A stretch of 57,143 nucleotides of DNA, counting the filler, from Sphacelaria rigidula (taxonomy: Eukaryota): assembly GCA_964200075.2 (NCBI GenBank). It is 6 parts of 6 records of this genome, joined end to end, with 100 filler letters (N's around TTAATTAATTAA, not from the genome) between each part and the next. Parts side by side here need not be neighbours in the genome. Positions count along the whole stretch, not along the records: positions 1 to 9,441 come from CAXNAA020008489.1; positions 9,542 to 18,982 come from CAXNAA020008490.1; 4 more parts are not named here. One strand, given 5' to 3'. The position numbers and the translations under genes were made by a program. Below are positions 1 to 12,522 of the stretch, in pieces (positions within the stretch are counted from its first letter, which is position 1; every line of letters begins with the position of its first letter). The notes beneath the pieces were generated by a model that made no database searches, had not been told where the DNA came from, and was given only the letters and a program-made list of their open reading frames with translations.

Positions 1-31
1 AGAAGGGGAGGGGGGGGGGGGGGGGGGGGGT

Positions 32-70
<39 letters not shown>

Positions 71-71
<1 letters not shown>

Positions 72-280
72 GTACTCATGATCCTGCATGCCGTGGTCGT
101 AGGTCCGTTGACCTTGCATCCCAACAAAGCCGGGACGATGAGCGCCGGGTGCTCGCTGAAACAGGCTAGCAATCACCAAGTGCGAAGTTCCGTGATATCT
201 TCAACGATTGGCAAAAAAGGTGAACTGTATCCTCCCTAAATGGTTCGACCCGGAGCGTACTAACTATCTTGCATGCCGTT
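71..280 (-). mobile_element. 5'-truncated 3' end of poly(C)-associated LINE, subfamily B
   Basis: The minus strand ends ...GGTCAACGGACCTACGACCACGGCATGCAGGATCATGAGTACT followed by a C-run (G-run 1-70). It is homologous to 28624-28710 and related to the LINE tail at 36910-36970. A second G-run lies at 281-295. Confidence 0.65.
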
Positions 281-496
281 GGGGGGGGAGGGGGGATTCT
301 AAGGAAGGAGAGGATTCAAAGTTCTTGACTCGCAAAGTACGGTAGTAGACAAAGGACAGGGAGGAACGGTTGCGGGGACGTACGGGGAAGGCACAGACCT
401 ACATTGAACCAACCCGTGCGCATGCTCAGGCATGACTCTATCGTACCCGATCTATCGTACCCGATCTCTCGTACCCGATTTATCCACATTCAATAC

Positions 497-2340
497 CTGA
501 TCCATCGGCATCATGTCGTGCAAAAACGATTTCGAGTGCGGCCTTCGCAAGATCATCGTCCGTACCCCCAGAGATGTCGGAGAGGCTTGGCTTGTCCAGG
601 TGTGCTGTGCAGTAACCATTCGTGCAGCAAGGTGGCAACGGGAGACGATTGACGATGCACCGTTTCCCTCCAAACGGTTGTCGGTCGTTGCAGATACTGG
701 AAAGGATTCGACCAGGATTGTGCATTGGAGTGGACATTGATACGGACGGCACACGGTGACTGCATCGCGTTGCTGAAAAGTGTCTGATGACGGACGTTCG
801 CGCTTGACTGATGGCTCCTTACCGTAACCGGAGGGGTGCGCAAACGTGTGTACACTCAGGAACGAGCGCGTGGTGTCGCGTTCAATGCTTTCTACATACC
901 GCTCTTCGAAAGTGCAAGGCATCGTTACAGCAGTTTACGCATACCCGTGTTTTGAATGTAGCTGTGCGTTTGACCATTAAGGCGCGTGTATTTTTCACTT
1001 CTCCAGAAAAGATCCCCAGCACATGATCGAAACAGCTTTGAGCGGTGCGTGCATTGTATACTGAATAGCGACTGGCACGACCGCGAGAGTCCAGTTCTTC
1101 TCGGTGGGCTTCATGTACGCACCTTTCATAGAGGAAGTCGATGAGCGATCTGAAGGTGACGAATTCGTGGCAAACCATACCCGTACCCGTCGATTGTCGA
1201 GGCAGACTTCGCATTGCTCTTGCCGTCATGCCCTGACCCCGACAGAGGATATAACCAAAAGAAGCAGCACACAGCGATTTCGGACACGTTACCACCAATT
1301 ATCGCTGTTCAACGATGTAAGCAGAGAACATATTTTACATCTTGGGTGGTCGGGCAGCGTCTCTCATTTGGTGGTTTACTGATTTCTTTTATTCATCCTC
1401 AGATGAAAATTCTCGCCAACCACAACTACTAACGACGGCCGAGAGTGCAGCCGGGCAGGCACATTGCATTGACTTGCACCTGCCGGGCAGAACTCACGAA
1501 ATCCATAATGGCATCGATATGCATGATCAAATACGTCTATTTGATGAATAACACCTAGGACCTTCGTGGATTGCAGTAAGCAGGGCAGCATATTGGCATC
1601 TCCAGCAGCTGCACCCCGAGAGCCTCACTGGTACACTTTATAAATCGGTGGAAGCAGAGGACGGACATTCGATTCTCAACAGGTCCAATTCTATGCGTTA
1701 AAACAAAATTCCTCAGCGTATCTAATTTTCGTCGTTGACGACGTGAGGGCATGGGTAGTGAAGAAAAGCTGACCATAAGCAGTGACGTGCTGGGAGTGCT
1801 CATCCAGTCCGCGAGATCAACACGTCGAGTGCGCGCCGGCGGGGAGATGAGTCGATTCTTTGAGACTATCGACTCGTCCCGACGGGGGGGAAGGCTTGAG
1901 TGTATAACGAATAAAAAAAATAAAACAACGCACAGGTCGGGTACGTCGCTGTCGCGGATAGTCAGTCATTCACATCTGCGAAACGATTCTGCATGCTTAC
2001 AGCCGTTCGTGTCGGCTTGGGTGTCGCGCTCACGAGATTTCACGAGATAGGCCTATGTCGTAGAGTTGAGCGCACCTCGAAGCACTCGCGATAGCAAGGA
2101 CCTCGCGATCGCTATTTACTGCTTATATTTTCCGCAGAGGCTTCACCGGGGTGGTGTGCTATGGCCTGCCCAGTGTGGTACTGTGAAGTTGTTGATTCTA
2201 GCTGCAGAGATCGCACCTTTTCATTGACAGCGTTGAAGACGGCTTCGATGTGCTCCACTGGTATCTGCCCTGTTCGGCCAGGGTCGAGGTCGGCACATGC
2301 TTCCACGAGCGCTTTCCTCTCATCAGCGGTGATGCACTTC
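497..2340 (-). CDS. EF-hand-like protein, partial (two exons recognised)
   Basis: Exon 2340-2217 (cag|...|gtgcga) encodes KCITADERKALVEACADLDPGRTGQIPVEHIEAVFNAVNEK. Exon 604-497 (cag|...|gtattg) encodes HLDKPSLSDISGGTDDDLAKAALEIVFARHDADGS(G). Both have helix-DxDxxG loop patterns. Intervening exons are not resolved. Confidence 0.5.
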
Positions 2341-2649
2341 CTGTATCAAAACCGAACGACGGGTGATGGCGTGGCGGGTGTTGATATGCGGTAATCAGTG
2401 GGGTGAATCGAGCTACTCGTATCTGCTAAAGGCTGACTTTGTCTCGGAATAACAATCTGCCACGAATCCAGCTGTGGTCACAAGATAGCCATGTTTGAGG
2501 GAAATGAATGGAAACAATCGCCGAAGGAAGCTTCATGGAAAGGGGGGAAAAAAGAAGGGAAAAAAAGGAGGGAAGAAGTGGACTAAGCTGAAAATTCGAA
2601 ACACCAATAGCGGGAAAAAGACACAAAGCTGAAAATTAGTGCCGGCCTG

Positions 2650-2915
2650 AAAGAGAGAACGAGAGAGAGACAGACAGACAGACAGAGACAGACAGACAGA
2701 CAGACAGAGACAGAGAGGGAGACAGAGAGAGACAGAGAGACAGAGACAGAGACAGAGACAGACAGAGACAGAGAGACAGAGACAGAGAGACAGAGACAGA
2801 GACAGACAAATAGACAGACAGACAGGCAGACAGACAGAGACAGAGAGAGATAGAGAGAGACAGAGAGAGACAGAGATAGGGAGAGAGACAGAGACAGAGA
2901 GAGACAGAGAGAGAA
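2650..2915. repeat. Compound (GA)n/(GACA)n/(GAGACA)n microsatellite
   Basis: Direct reading. It produces the spurious SLSVCL-rich ORFs. Confidence 0.95.
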
Positions 2916-4264
2916 CATATCCTGAAGAAAATCTAGATCGTGGACAAGTAACATTAATAGGAAAGTGTAAAGGACACAGGCCAAAGACAGATGGCGACAG
3001 CTTGGAGGATGGAGCGGTGTTATCAATTTCGGTGCAACGCTCGTCCTCCCTCATCTCCCTCCAGAACAAAGTGGGACACTCTCTCGATCATTCCCATCCT
3101 GGGTTCCTCGCGGGCTGTGACGGCCCTCGCTGTAGCTGCCACAAGGCATCTCTACTTCCGGCAGTACAGCAAGTTGACGGTATGAGTACGGGGTGTGCAG
3201 GTGAACATTCTGTCTTTTGCGGCGCTCCTGCTTGCTGCGTGTTCGCGAAAGACGGTGTTATCTTCTGCAACACAGAATAAAAATATTCAGACACGCAAGA
3301 CGTGGAGTCACAGCGTTTCGTACATCGATTTGGGGGAGCTAGTTCGCAGTCCAACCACGTTCCCGTAGACATCGAAATGCACTGTCCATGTACAGCATCC
3401 CGAGGTGACGAGACACCAGTAAGTACGGTCCTCAAGGCGGGCAGACGCAGCTGTTGTAGAAAGTAATAGCAGCTGGGAAGCTACCAAGGGTTTGTTGTTG
3501 TACAAGAGACAATGATGCCCATCAGGAGGGACGCGCCGCTGCTGAAGTGCGCAAATGGCAATGGTGTTGTTGGCTACTGCAGGAGTGAATGTACTGAATC
3601 CTGTACTCTAGATCTCCAGAATCTTCTCATAAAACAAAACGCGGATGACCAATAAATTGGTCCTAACATATACGACCCGCATATGAACCACTGACCCAAC
3701 TTTCATCACTATGAGGTCCCGCTTGAACGGGTAGAGGTCACACCTATCGTCCGTTACTCTTCTTTATCTTTTTTCGTTTCCTCCCCTTCTAAGGTCTTTT
3801 ACGAGTATTTTCGTCGTCTATTTACCTCGGGCACGTCTACCTTGCGACAGCAATCGAATGACGCTCTGTCACCGGCACCGCTGGACGTACTGCCATCGCC
3901 GCCCCACCATGTCGGCGGAGCGGCAAGCGCATCACCCGTCTTCGCTACGGTGTACCGATACGGGCGGGAAAGAGCGACCACGTTCCTGGGAAGTGGCAAC
4001 CACACTATCGAAGTGCGGGCAATCGGCACCAGTCTGATGGCTAACAACAAGTGTACGCGGCGTCGTGTTCATAAATCTTGACGAGACAAGAACTATTCAC
4101 CGAGAACGCACCTTGCTGTGCTGTCCTGTGATGCTGCTGTGCATGTGCGCATACTATATATGTACGCGCCAAACGACGCCTCCATCAGTCTCATCGTGGA
4201 AAATCGTGGGGGGTAAGCCGGGATGCTACTGGATTCGTCGTGCGGTCACCACGACCTTGGCAGC

Positions 4265-4560
4265 GTATCATTGAGTTTGAATGGTTGAATATCATAAATT
4301 CAACGGATGTCCTAGGAATCCGACCATGGTCCCACTATAGACGTACCCGAGGTAACTTGAACGGAAATATCCACCAAAAACATAGAAAGGGGGAAACGAA
4401 AATAAAAAACCCGAGTACTTGAAGACGGAAAGAAAAGACAAAGAGGAAGAAGAAACACACCTCACACACTCAAGTACACAAAGAAAGCAGAGGAAGACAG
4501 AAGAGAAAGGAAAGAAAGGAGAGGGAAGGAAGGGAAGGACATAATTTGTAACGCCAACAT
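4265..4560 (-). mobile_element. 3' tail fragment of a non-LTR retroelement (GTACGTC..GACCAC family)
   Basis: The minus strand has a pyrimidine-rich tract, then TTTCCGTT...GGTACGTCTATAGTGGGACCATGG and a short CAA/CAAT-like tail. The same layout occurs at 40810-41000 and 48900-49140. Confidence 0.5.
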
Positions 4561-5524
4561 ATACCTAGTACTGACCCTGCTGGGAAAACAAAACAGAACG
4601 GCAGCGTAGAACAATAGATATGATGCTCCGCACAAGCGTCTGTTAAACAACCATGAGTCGCGAATCCTTGTGCCGTACCTGATTGCTCTTGTGGGAAGTA
4701 CTGTGCACACGTAGCAACAAGTGAAATGCCGAGAGATACGGCAAGAAAAGTGTGAAACGAGATTCCGATTACGGTCGGTTCTGCAGCGTCGCATTGACTG
4801 CAGATATTGACAGGTGAAAAGCCGAAAAAGAATGTCTCAAGCAGCGACTCTATTTTCCTTCTTTGTTTCAATATTTCTGCACTATACTTGGTCTTCCCAC
4901 ATGCTTGCGCTCAGGGTAAAACGGGGCGCAGATAGTAGGCCGGAAAGCGGAGAAATGCAGGCACATATAACCATATGACCTTTCAGTCGGCCTCGGTACA
5001 TAGGACCCGAGACGATGAGCTTACAAATTTCCATATACAATAAATAGGGAACTGGTGACGAAATACCTATTTTTGCAAATAGTATACGGCAGCAATGTCC
5101 GTATCGGCGAAGCCACAAGCTTTGCGTCGTAAGATATTTGACACCATGTGGCGACTCTCAGTATTCTGACGTCTCGATGATTTGAAGCGATCTTATTTTG
5201 CTGGCTCTGCAACATAGTTTGCTGAGCTCTAGACTATACTTTGTCTAACACACTCTGCACGGTCTGTACAGTCCATGGCAGCTGTGCACCGCACGATTCA
5301 AGAAGAAAAGACGCCCACACGCTTGATAAACAATGTACTTCTGCCGAGAATCACCTCAAGTACACACCACGAGTTTGGCACAAGGTCCAGGGAGCCTCAA
5401 TCAGCCGGGAACTATGGCGTAACTGCTGTGCTAGATGCATGCCGTTATCGCTATATTCACAAATATCTTTCCTCATAGGCGGTGCAAGGACCCAATTTCA
5501 ACTACTTTACGTAGCTCTTGCGTG

Positions 5525-5528
<4 letters not shown>

Positions 5529-5587
<59 letters not shown>

Positions 5588-5790
5588 CGGGCGGGGGGCG
5601 GGCGCGCCACCCGTTTGGCTTTCCTCCAGTGGGGGTTTGCGGCAACCGCCCACTCGGCCGCCCAACCGAANNNNNNNNNNCCAACTCTCCAAACACTTAC
5701 TCTTATTTTTCTCCTTACCCCCCCCCCCCCCCCCCCTTCCCCCCTTCCCCCTCTCCTCTCACACACACCGGAGGGGGGTTGGGGGGCAGT
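5529..5790. repeat. Poly(C) homopolymer and low-quality region with an internal 10-N gap
   Basis: Long C-run at 5529-5585, Ns at 5671-5680 and further C/G runs. Confidence 0.9.
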
Positions 5791-8700
5791 ACTTTCAACT
5801 TTCGGGCATTCAAACGTTGGAGTTTTCGAGAACCGAACTAGTCGGTATCCAGACTGATACATTTGTTTATGGTTGACGTCTCTTTGTGTAGTACCGTGAC
5901 CCGTCTACTTTCATTGCGTGAAACTAGCTGCTCTGCCTATCCGTGTCGTGAAGGTACCGTCTATGGACCACAACACACGAAGGGGACGAGAATGCGGACA
6001 GGTACCGCAAATAATACCCAAACCCTCGAGCGGTTCCTGACCACATGTCAACCTAGGAGTCGGAACTCCACATGGCACGACGTATCAACACATGAAAAAC
6101 CTTCATGGAAGCATTTTTGAAAAAGTCGGGACTACATGAAAAGGTCCATACCCACGGTCTTGCTTCCTACTGTAGAGTGCCCCCCCCCCCCCCAGAAAAT
6201 TGCGGCCCTAGCCTGCGATGGCCGCACTGTCCTGGGAATCGGTACGAGTACCGTGCTGGCATAGTGGAATCATTGCATCGTTTAGGATCAGTAAAGCATA
6301 TTATCTTGAGTTATTTTGACGGCACTGTGGTGGAATCTCTCACTTTAGAGAAACACACTGTGAGGGTACCCCCGCTTTACTGTGAACGCCCACCTCTCCC
6401 TGGAACACACCTTCAACAGTTGGGAGTAGCACACAGTATGTGGCAAATATCACGCTCCCCAGCAGTTGCGCAGGAAGTGTCATGCCAAATTGACAGGTGC
6501 AGAGCCCATTTCCAAGATTACCCAGACACATGCTAGATACTCTGCATAATATTCAGTGCCTCGACAGGAGAACATGACATGGAAAAATCTTCCCCATACC
6601 GGATCCTTTTTCAAAACAGATGAACCATACCTGGCATAGGACGGGAAGTGGTAAGGGTCATTCTTCCATGGACATCGATTTCTCGGTGAGCGCGTCGGAT
6701 TGCCGACATGCTTTGTGTCGCAATCGAGCTCTTTCACCACTTCGCCGAGGTGCGGTGCGGAGACTTCACTTTCCGGGATGTCTACGGCAGCAGAGCAGGC
6801 GACATCCATAATTGACCGTTCCCATGAGATGAAGCGAGGTGTGCAATGCCAAGGCCTCACTATTTTTTTTTGCGCGGTGCTCGAGTCATCTGCTATTCAC
6901 GTATGGCTGACTGAGCTGGCGCAGCCCACAGCAGTAGCATGCTGATAGTTCCAAGTGTGGGGAGTGGGTATTCGTTATTAGGTGAGGAATTACACCGCAT
7001 TTTTGCAACGAGTTGGTCCGCATATTTCGGAATACTTTTTCATTCCGGGCATGCCCCTATTATAACAACATACCGAAAAGCGACTACATAATACAGCAAA
7101 ACAATACCATCGATAGCTGCGTTCCAGAAGAGCCTAATGTGATTCATGTTCGCGAGCAATGCAACCGTGGGTGGTATAGTTGTGTCGAAACATCTATAGT
7201 ATGGCATCATTATAAGAAGACTTGGGAATCTGCATCCACCGACTGTACGAGAGCAATGCACACAGTACGCACCATGTTGTCACCGTCTTGCACCGTGGTA
7301 TTGTTCACTCTCGCGTTGTCCGAAACATTTTCAACACTGCCTCTTGTGCAGCGTGTTACCTCCTTACCCGCTTACGTTTGCATGTGCGCCCCATTCCAAT
7401 AAAATGACTGCCTACACAATAATAGTAGGCGGGGGATCAAGTTGAAAATTTCCCAAAACGCCTTTTCACGACGAGACACAGAAATCAGCTAGCATAACGC
7501 CTATATCCTCCATTTTTCTGTTAAATAGCATAACGCCTTCAACGGTTCATCCATATTTACGGATATCCGTACTACGGAAGAAAAAAAAATACAGTTTCAA
7601 AACTGTAAACAACAATCGTGAACGAACCGCCAACTGAGTCATACCAAGTCCTGTTTCTCGCGGCGGTGTAAGGTGAGTTGTTCCGCATGGGATGCATACT
7701 TGACGTAGAGACAATCTAGGGGGGGGGGTCACGTCCTCACTGTCGTATGATACGGTCTAGTCATCGACAGGATTGGTCGATGGGTTGTCGTACATAAACA
7801 GACTTGCTATACGGTTACAGCCGTGCTCACACGATTCTGTGATTGCCTAATCACATGCACTATATTGAAATGAGGTCAGATGCGGAGGAATGCAGGGTGA
7901 CCTCCTCTTCAAGTCAACATTCTTCTCTCTCTACTGGTATCTCAAACTTGAGGTTATCGGTATATTTCACAGTAATTTAGGTTTAAACATTCTGGGAACC
8001 TCGAGTGAGACACCGCTTTTGTTGGACATGGATATATTTTTCGCTTGAGGAAAGCACATCAAGCCCCCCCTCTTCAAGTAATCATGCTTCTCTCTTTGTT
8101 CGACATTGATAAATATTTCGCAAGAGAAGAGCAAATGCTAATGAAGAACGAAGCGCCAAAGGGCGTCGCGCCCGACGCAGATAGGAGAAGAGCAGTATGC
8201 ATACGACGAGAAACGTGGCGGATCGATATCGCACACACAGCGCCGCCGTGCACAGAGTTGAAGATGCTTAGCATGGCTGTGATCCGTGCTGCGTCAAAAC
8301 TCAGGGGTAATGCACTATCCTCAACTTTGCGCTATTTTCATCAATGTAATTGCATAGACCGCATTGTGATGCGCACCATGGTTACAGAGGAGAACGACGG
8401 GCTTACTACTGCAGTAATGTCCCCTTCTTTTCAAGTGTCATGCATGCAGCTACGGCATAGCTCGGGAAGAATTGCAAGACGAGGAGAAAAAACGGTAGCT
8501 CATATCGTAGCAGCACGGTGCTGCATGTGTGGTGATTCATTGTCTTGCTTCGCCAGAAAACTCTTCAGCATGGAATGAAACCGTTTGGGTAAAGAGTGTG
8601 CCTAACCTTCACCTTTGCTGTGTCTTCTCATGTTTTATAGTAACAAACACAGGAAGCGACGGCAGGTCGCCACATGTCTTTTCGCTCCCACCATGAGCGC

Positions 8701-9189
8701 TCGGACTCCTTCCCCGACGACTCCTACGTGGATGCCAGCATCATGCTCACGAGCGCATTCAGGCGAGTCGCCCGCCCAACTGCGGGAATCGTTTGAAATA
8801 ATCAGAGCGGAAACAGCACTAATCGTTAGCACCTAGAGTACAAGGGGCGGGTAGCGTTCCAAGCTCCAGAAAATCCCGCGGAAACGATGCGAGACTATCG
8901 TTGTTACTGTAAAACACAACCCTCTTACTTATAGAAATCTCCCCACCTCACATAATTTGGGCATGCAGCCGTTTCATCTTTAAATACAATCTTGAAGTTA
9001 TGTAGTGCCTTACATCGCATGACACGTACACGGTCCGTGCAGGGATATTCAGCCGCATTCTACGAAACCAAGGGAAGTCTAGTGATGCAAAGGGTGTTTC
9101 TCACAGGGTGTTAGCGCGATACGCGACGTTAAAACCGTTCGGCATGAAATTTCAGGTATAGCATGTGACGTCGACACCACGTTGTACTC

Positions 9190-9431
9190 CGGCACTTTTT
9201 ACGATAGCCCTCCCCTCCAAAAACGCGCCTGGTTTGGGGAGGCAAAATCTTCACGTAAATCGATACGAAAAAAGCCAAGCGCAACGAGCAGCTGGGAGTT
9301 CCCAGGCTTGAGTTCGTGCTCGCCAATGTCGCTCATAAGAGGCGCTTCATGCAGCCTGAACCCAAACATCAGGCGCTGCATGACCATTTTTTTCGTGACG
9401 CGTTTAGGCTGGTCTTGGGGGGGGGGTGGGG
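9190..9431. mobile_element. MITE (TGAC..TACGATAGCCCC TIR family); right TIR interrupted by a LINE tail
   Basis: Reverse-complement homolog of 19866-20113. At the G-run of the right TIR the sequence switches to CGTACTCAT, the LINE 3' end. Confidence 0.75.
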
Positions 9432-9441
9432 GCGTACTCAT

Positions 9442-9541
9442 NNNNNNNNNNNNNNNNNNNNNNNNNNNNNNNNNNNNNNNNNNNNTTAATTAATTAANNN
9501 NNNNNNNNNNNNNNNNNNNNNNNNNNNNNNNNNNNNNNNNN
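9442..9541. other. Artificial contig linker N44-TTAATTAATTAA-N44
   Basis: Identical 100-bp spacer with stop codons in all six frames, seen five times. Confidence 0.99.
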
Positions 9542-9834
9542 TATACTACTGTTCATATTGAACGGTGGTAGGTCCGTTCTGAGAGAACGTTGACCGGAAT
9601 TTATTCCAACAAAGGGCACTTTCTACTCTGATTTTCCCGCCTTCCGCCGATCTCGCCACTTCTGGCATTTCTTTTCTCTGTAATGTTTTACTGCTACTTC
9701 GTGTCTGTTTCCGCGATGTTTGTACGTGCTCCTCAATGCATCTTTGTGTGCGTCCGATGTCCAGGCACACTCAACGTGCTCGTGGCATCTGCACCGTTGC
9801 TCAAGCCGCTGAAACACTCCGTGATTTTAACCAG

Positions 9835-9935
9835 CTGCATGTCATCGACCACCATGTTCAAGTGCTACACTGATGCGTCAGATTTCTACGAGAAGATGCT
9901 CTGCATGGACCCTCACGCTGCTTCGCTGCTGTTAG
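9835..9935 (+). CDS. Candidate internal exon, unknown protein
   Basis: ttttaaccag| CMSSTTMFKCYTDASDFYEKMLCMDPHAASLLL |gtatgc. Canonical splice sites; no family recognised. Confidence 0.4.
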
Positions 9936-10392
9936 GTATGCTGTATTGCTTACTTGAAAGTCGTGTGTGTGTGGTGTCATCCCATCTATGGTTTGGAACA
10001 AGTTTAGTTGGTATTTGCTTCCTTTGTCGGTTGATATAACGCCAAATCAAGACCATCGAGATTGAGAACGATCGCGGTCGATTCAGGCGATTTCTAGGCG
10101 AGTTGTCATTCAGAAAAATAGTTGTGGTAAAGTACGACACTAGCAGTAGTAGCCGTAGTTATGTGGAAATCCTGTATTATCGTACAGAGTCCACGTGAGA
10201 GAGGGCTGTTCACGGAGGATATACGTCTCTGAGCTTACATCATTCGGGGATGTTGGGATATCCAAGGCGAATTTCTATCGAAGATACGGGTACTGTATAC
10301 ATGTAACGTATGCATCAGGAGTCTAAAGTTCATCTCGGATATCTACCTGAAATATAGATATTCATCGTGGGAGTGGATTTCCGTCTGAAGTA

Positions 10393-11191
10393 TGAGAAAC
10401 CGCTCTGATGCGGGGGTAATCGTCCACACAGATCAGGTGTGCGTGAACGGTAATCAGCAACCCGGTTCAGGCAAGTAACAGTAGCTTTTTGCTCTTCTCA
10501 CACTTTGAACCCTTCCCCTTCCTCGGGATGAGTCCATGGTCTCATCAACCCATCTCTCCCCCGGTACGTGCCTTTCATTATGGTCTCGCGGATTTGGTCG
10601 GCACTCCCGCACCGCGTCAACTCATGTCACACAAACCTAGTCGACTACTACTTGTTTACTCACGTTCTCACGCTTTCCACGGTGGAAAGAAAACATGACG
10701 AAAAAACCCCCCAACGCATCGGGAATCGAACCCCCGTTCTCTCCACCCTCATGGCGACAGTCGGACCATTACACCACCGGGGCGCGACAGTAGTATAAGG
10801 CGCTTCTGTGTTATTATCTCGTCACACCCTGCCCTCTCACTCAGTTACCCTAATTCACTCTCACTCAGTCACCTAATAGCACACACTCAATCTCTCTGAA
10901 CTCAATACCACACTGGCGTACTCACTACACACACTCATGCCAACCCCCAGAGCAAGGTACTTTGACCGTACGCACCCAGAACCAGACCTGACTGAACGAC
11001 GTGGGCAGTGCGTACCTCGTTTGTCTGCGCGTGAAGTATATTGTACTGGCATAACCTACGTCATTACAGACAATTCCTCTGATTGCCCATGATAATGCTC
11101 CGCAACCTCGACAATGACATGGTTGATGCCTACTTGTACCTCACTGTATCTTGCACTCTTGTACATGATTGAGCGTGAGCATATCCGATCA
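10393..11191 (-). repeat. 3' LTR (contains a SINE insertion)
   Basis: Aligns with 14565-15178 except for insertion 10485-10786. Confidence 0.9.
10485..10786 (-). mobile_element. tRNA-derived SINE
   Basis: The minus strand has A box TGGTGTAATGG, B box GGTTCGATTCC and an A-rich 3' end. A 7-bp TSD ACAGTAG lies at 10478-84 and 10787-93. The other LTR has a single ACAGTAG (empty site). Confidence 0.85.
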
Positions 11192-11866
11192 GCCCCCCTG
11201 TTCACGGCTCAGTCATGACCTGAAAACTTATGCCTTTGAAAACTGGAAAGGAAAGAAAACAACCTGACACAAAAAATAAAAATATCTTCAGCCGTGCTCA
11301 AACTGCACAAATATCAAATATATAAAACTACAATTTGCTCAGAAGATAGTACCTCCAATATCTTACGCCCCCCTAAACCTATGTCACGTCTCCCTTCACG
11401 GGAATACATTGCACGTAAATCTCAAATCAAAAAGGATTCACATTACCAAATCCTCCCACTCCCTGACTTTCGGGGCCATAGCGCTCCTCTGAAAACATTC
11501 GCAGTCACTTCACAAGCTAAATGCAGACGGAAAAATGAATCAAGCTACGTCAGCATCTCGGTGATATTAGAAACTGAGATTAACACGATCAAACTCGAAC
11601 TGAACTACGATCGAATATATGATACAGTTCAAAAGGGTCTGGCCGAGGTTCATACGTGAAATAAAAGTCCTGAGCCTGAATCTTCAAACATTCTAGACCC
11701 AGTTTTTCCCAAACTGAAAACTGACTTTTCTGGTGAGGCAGAAAGCGCCATGTACATATTACCACCAGGGTTATCAGCAAGTAGAGTGAAGAGTATGGCG
11801 GTGGTTGCGCACCGGAGGAAGAATCATGGTGGGGTTGGTCGGACGGTGGAGTTGGTGATGGGTGTA

Positions 11867-12522
11867 ATTGAATGCACGTAAATCCAGGCACTCCGGGAGG
11901 ACCTCCACGATGGCGCAGAGGGGGTCAATCGGGTAGAAGCCCGTAGGCAGAATCCTTGATGTATACTTATTCATCAAACATGCCGAGAGTAGGGGGGCTA
12001 ATCGAATATACTCACACTCCAGTATGACATACATGGTTGATTGGATTCGCCTCGAGTAGGTTTGTACCTCGGTTGAGGATCGGGTATAAACGGTACTGTT
12101 TGCGACGGTTAAATTGGGCGAAAAATGAGAATATCTCTCATGTGACACATGATCATTCCTGGTGTAGGCACGGTGGCTTGTGGTGTGAAGCAACAACCAC
12201 GATTATTTTATGGCACTTTGTGTGTCCATGTAAGATTATGGTGTTTGACGCAATTATAGGATGTGTGGTTATGTTACGCTCATGTGATTGATGGCTGGGA
12301 AGGGAGATGAGTTTTGCCGATTTGCGCGATTGGGTTTCCCCACAGTATTCAGTTGTTGTGTTCGTCCAAGTCCGTTCCAGTCTGTTCCAGTTCGTCAATA
12401 TACAACATGCATCAATGAATACATATACATCAAGGATTCTGCCTACGGGCTTCTACCCGATTGACCCCCTCTGCGCCATCGTGGAGGTCCTCCCGGAGTG
12501 CCTGGATTTACGTGCATTCAAT
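11867..12522. mobile_element. MITE-like DNA element with ~110-bp TIRs and TA TSD (Tc1/mariner-type)
   Basis: 11865-11974 is a near-perfect reverse complement of 12414-12524. TA flanks both ends, and the G-rich host sequence resumes on both sides. Confidence 0.85.

Noticed and set aside
2533-3069. Ser/Leu/Cys-rich ORFs
   Set aside because: They are translations of a GA/GACA microsatellite.
5435-5876. Poly-Pro/poly-Gly ORFs (also 30-239 and 42929-43437)
   Set aside because: They are translations of C/G homopolymers in low-quality sequence, and the run lengths may be inflated.
9486-9497. TTAATTAATTAA motif as a biological site
   Set aside because: It is part of the synthetic linker, identical at all five joins.
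10710-10786. Functional tRNA gene (also ~35310-35389 and ~20545-20597)
   Set aside because: A/B boxes are present but I could not form acceptor or anticodon stems. The 10485 copy has a TSD and an empty site, so it is a SINE.
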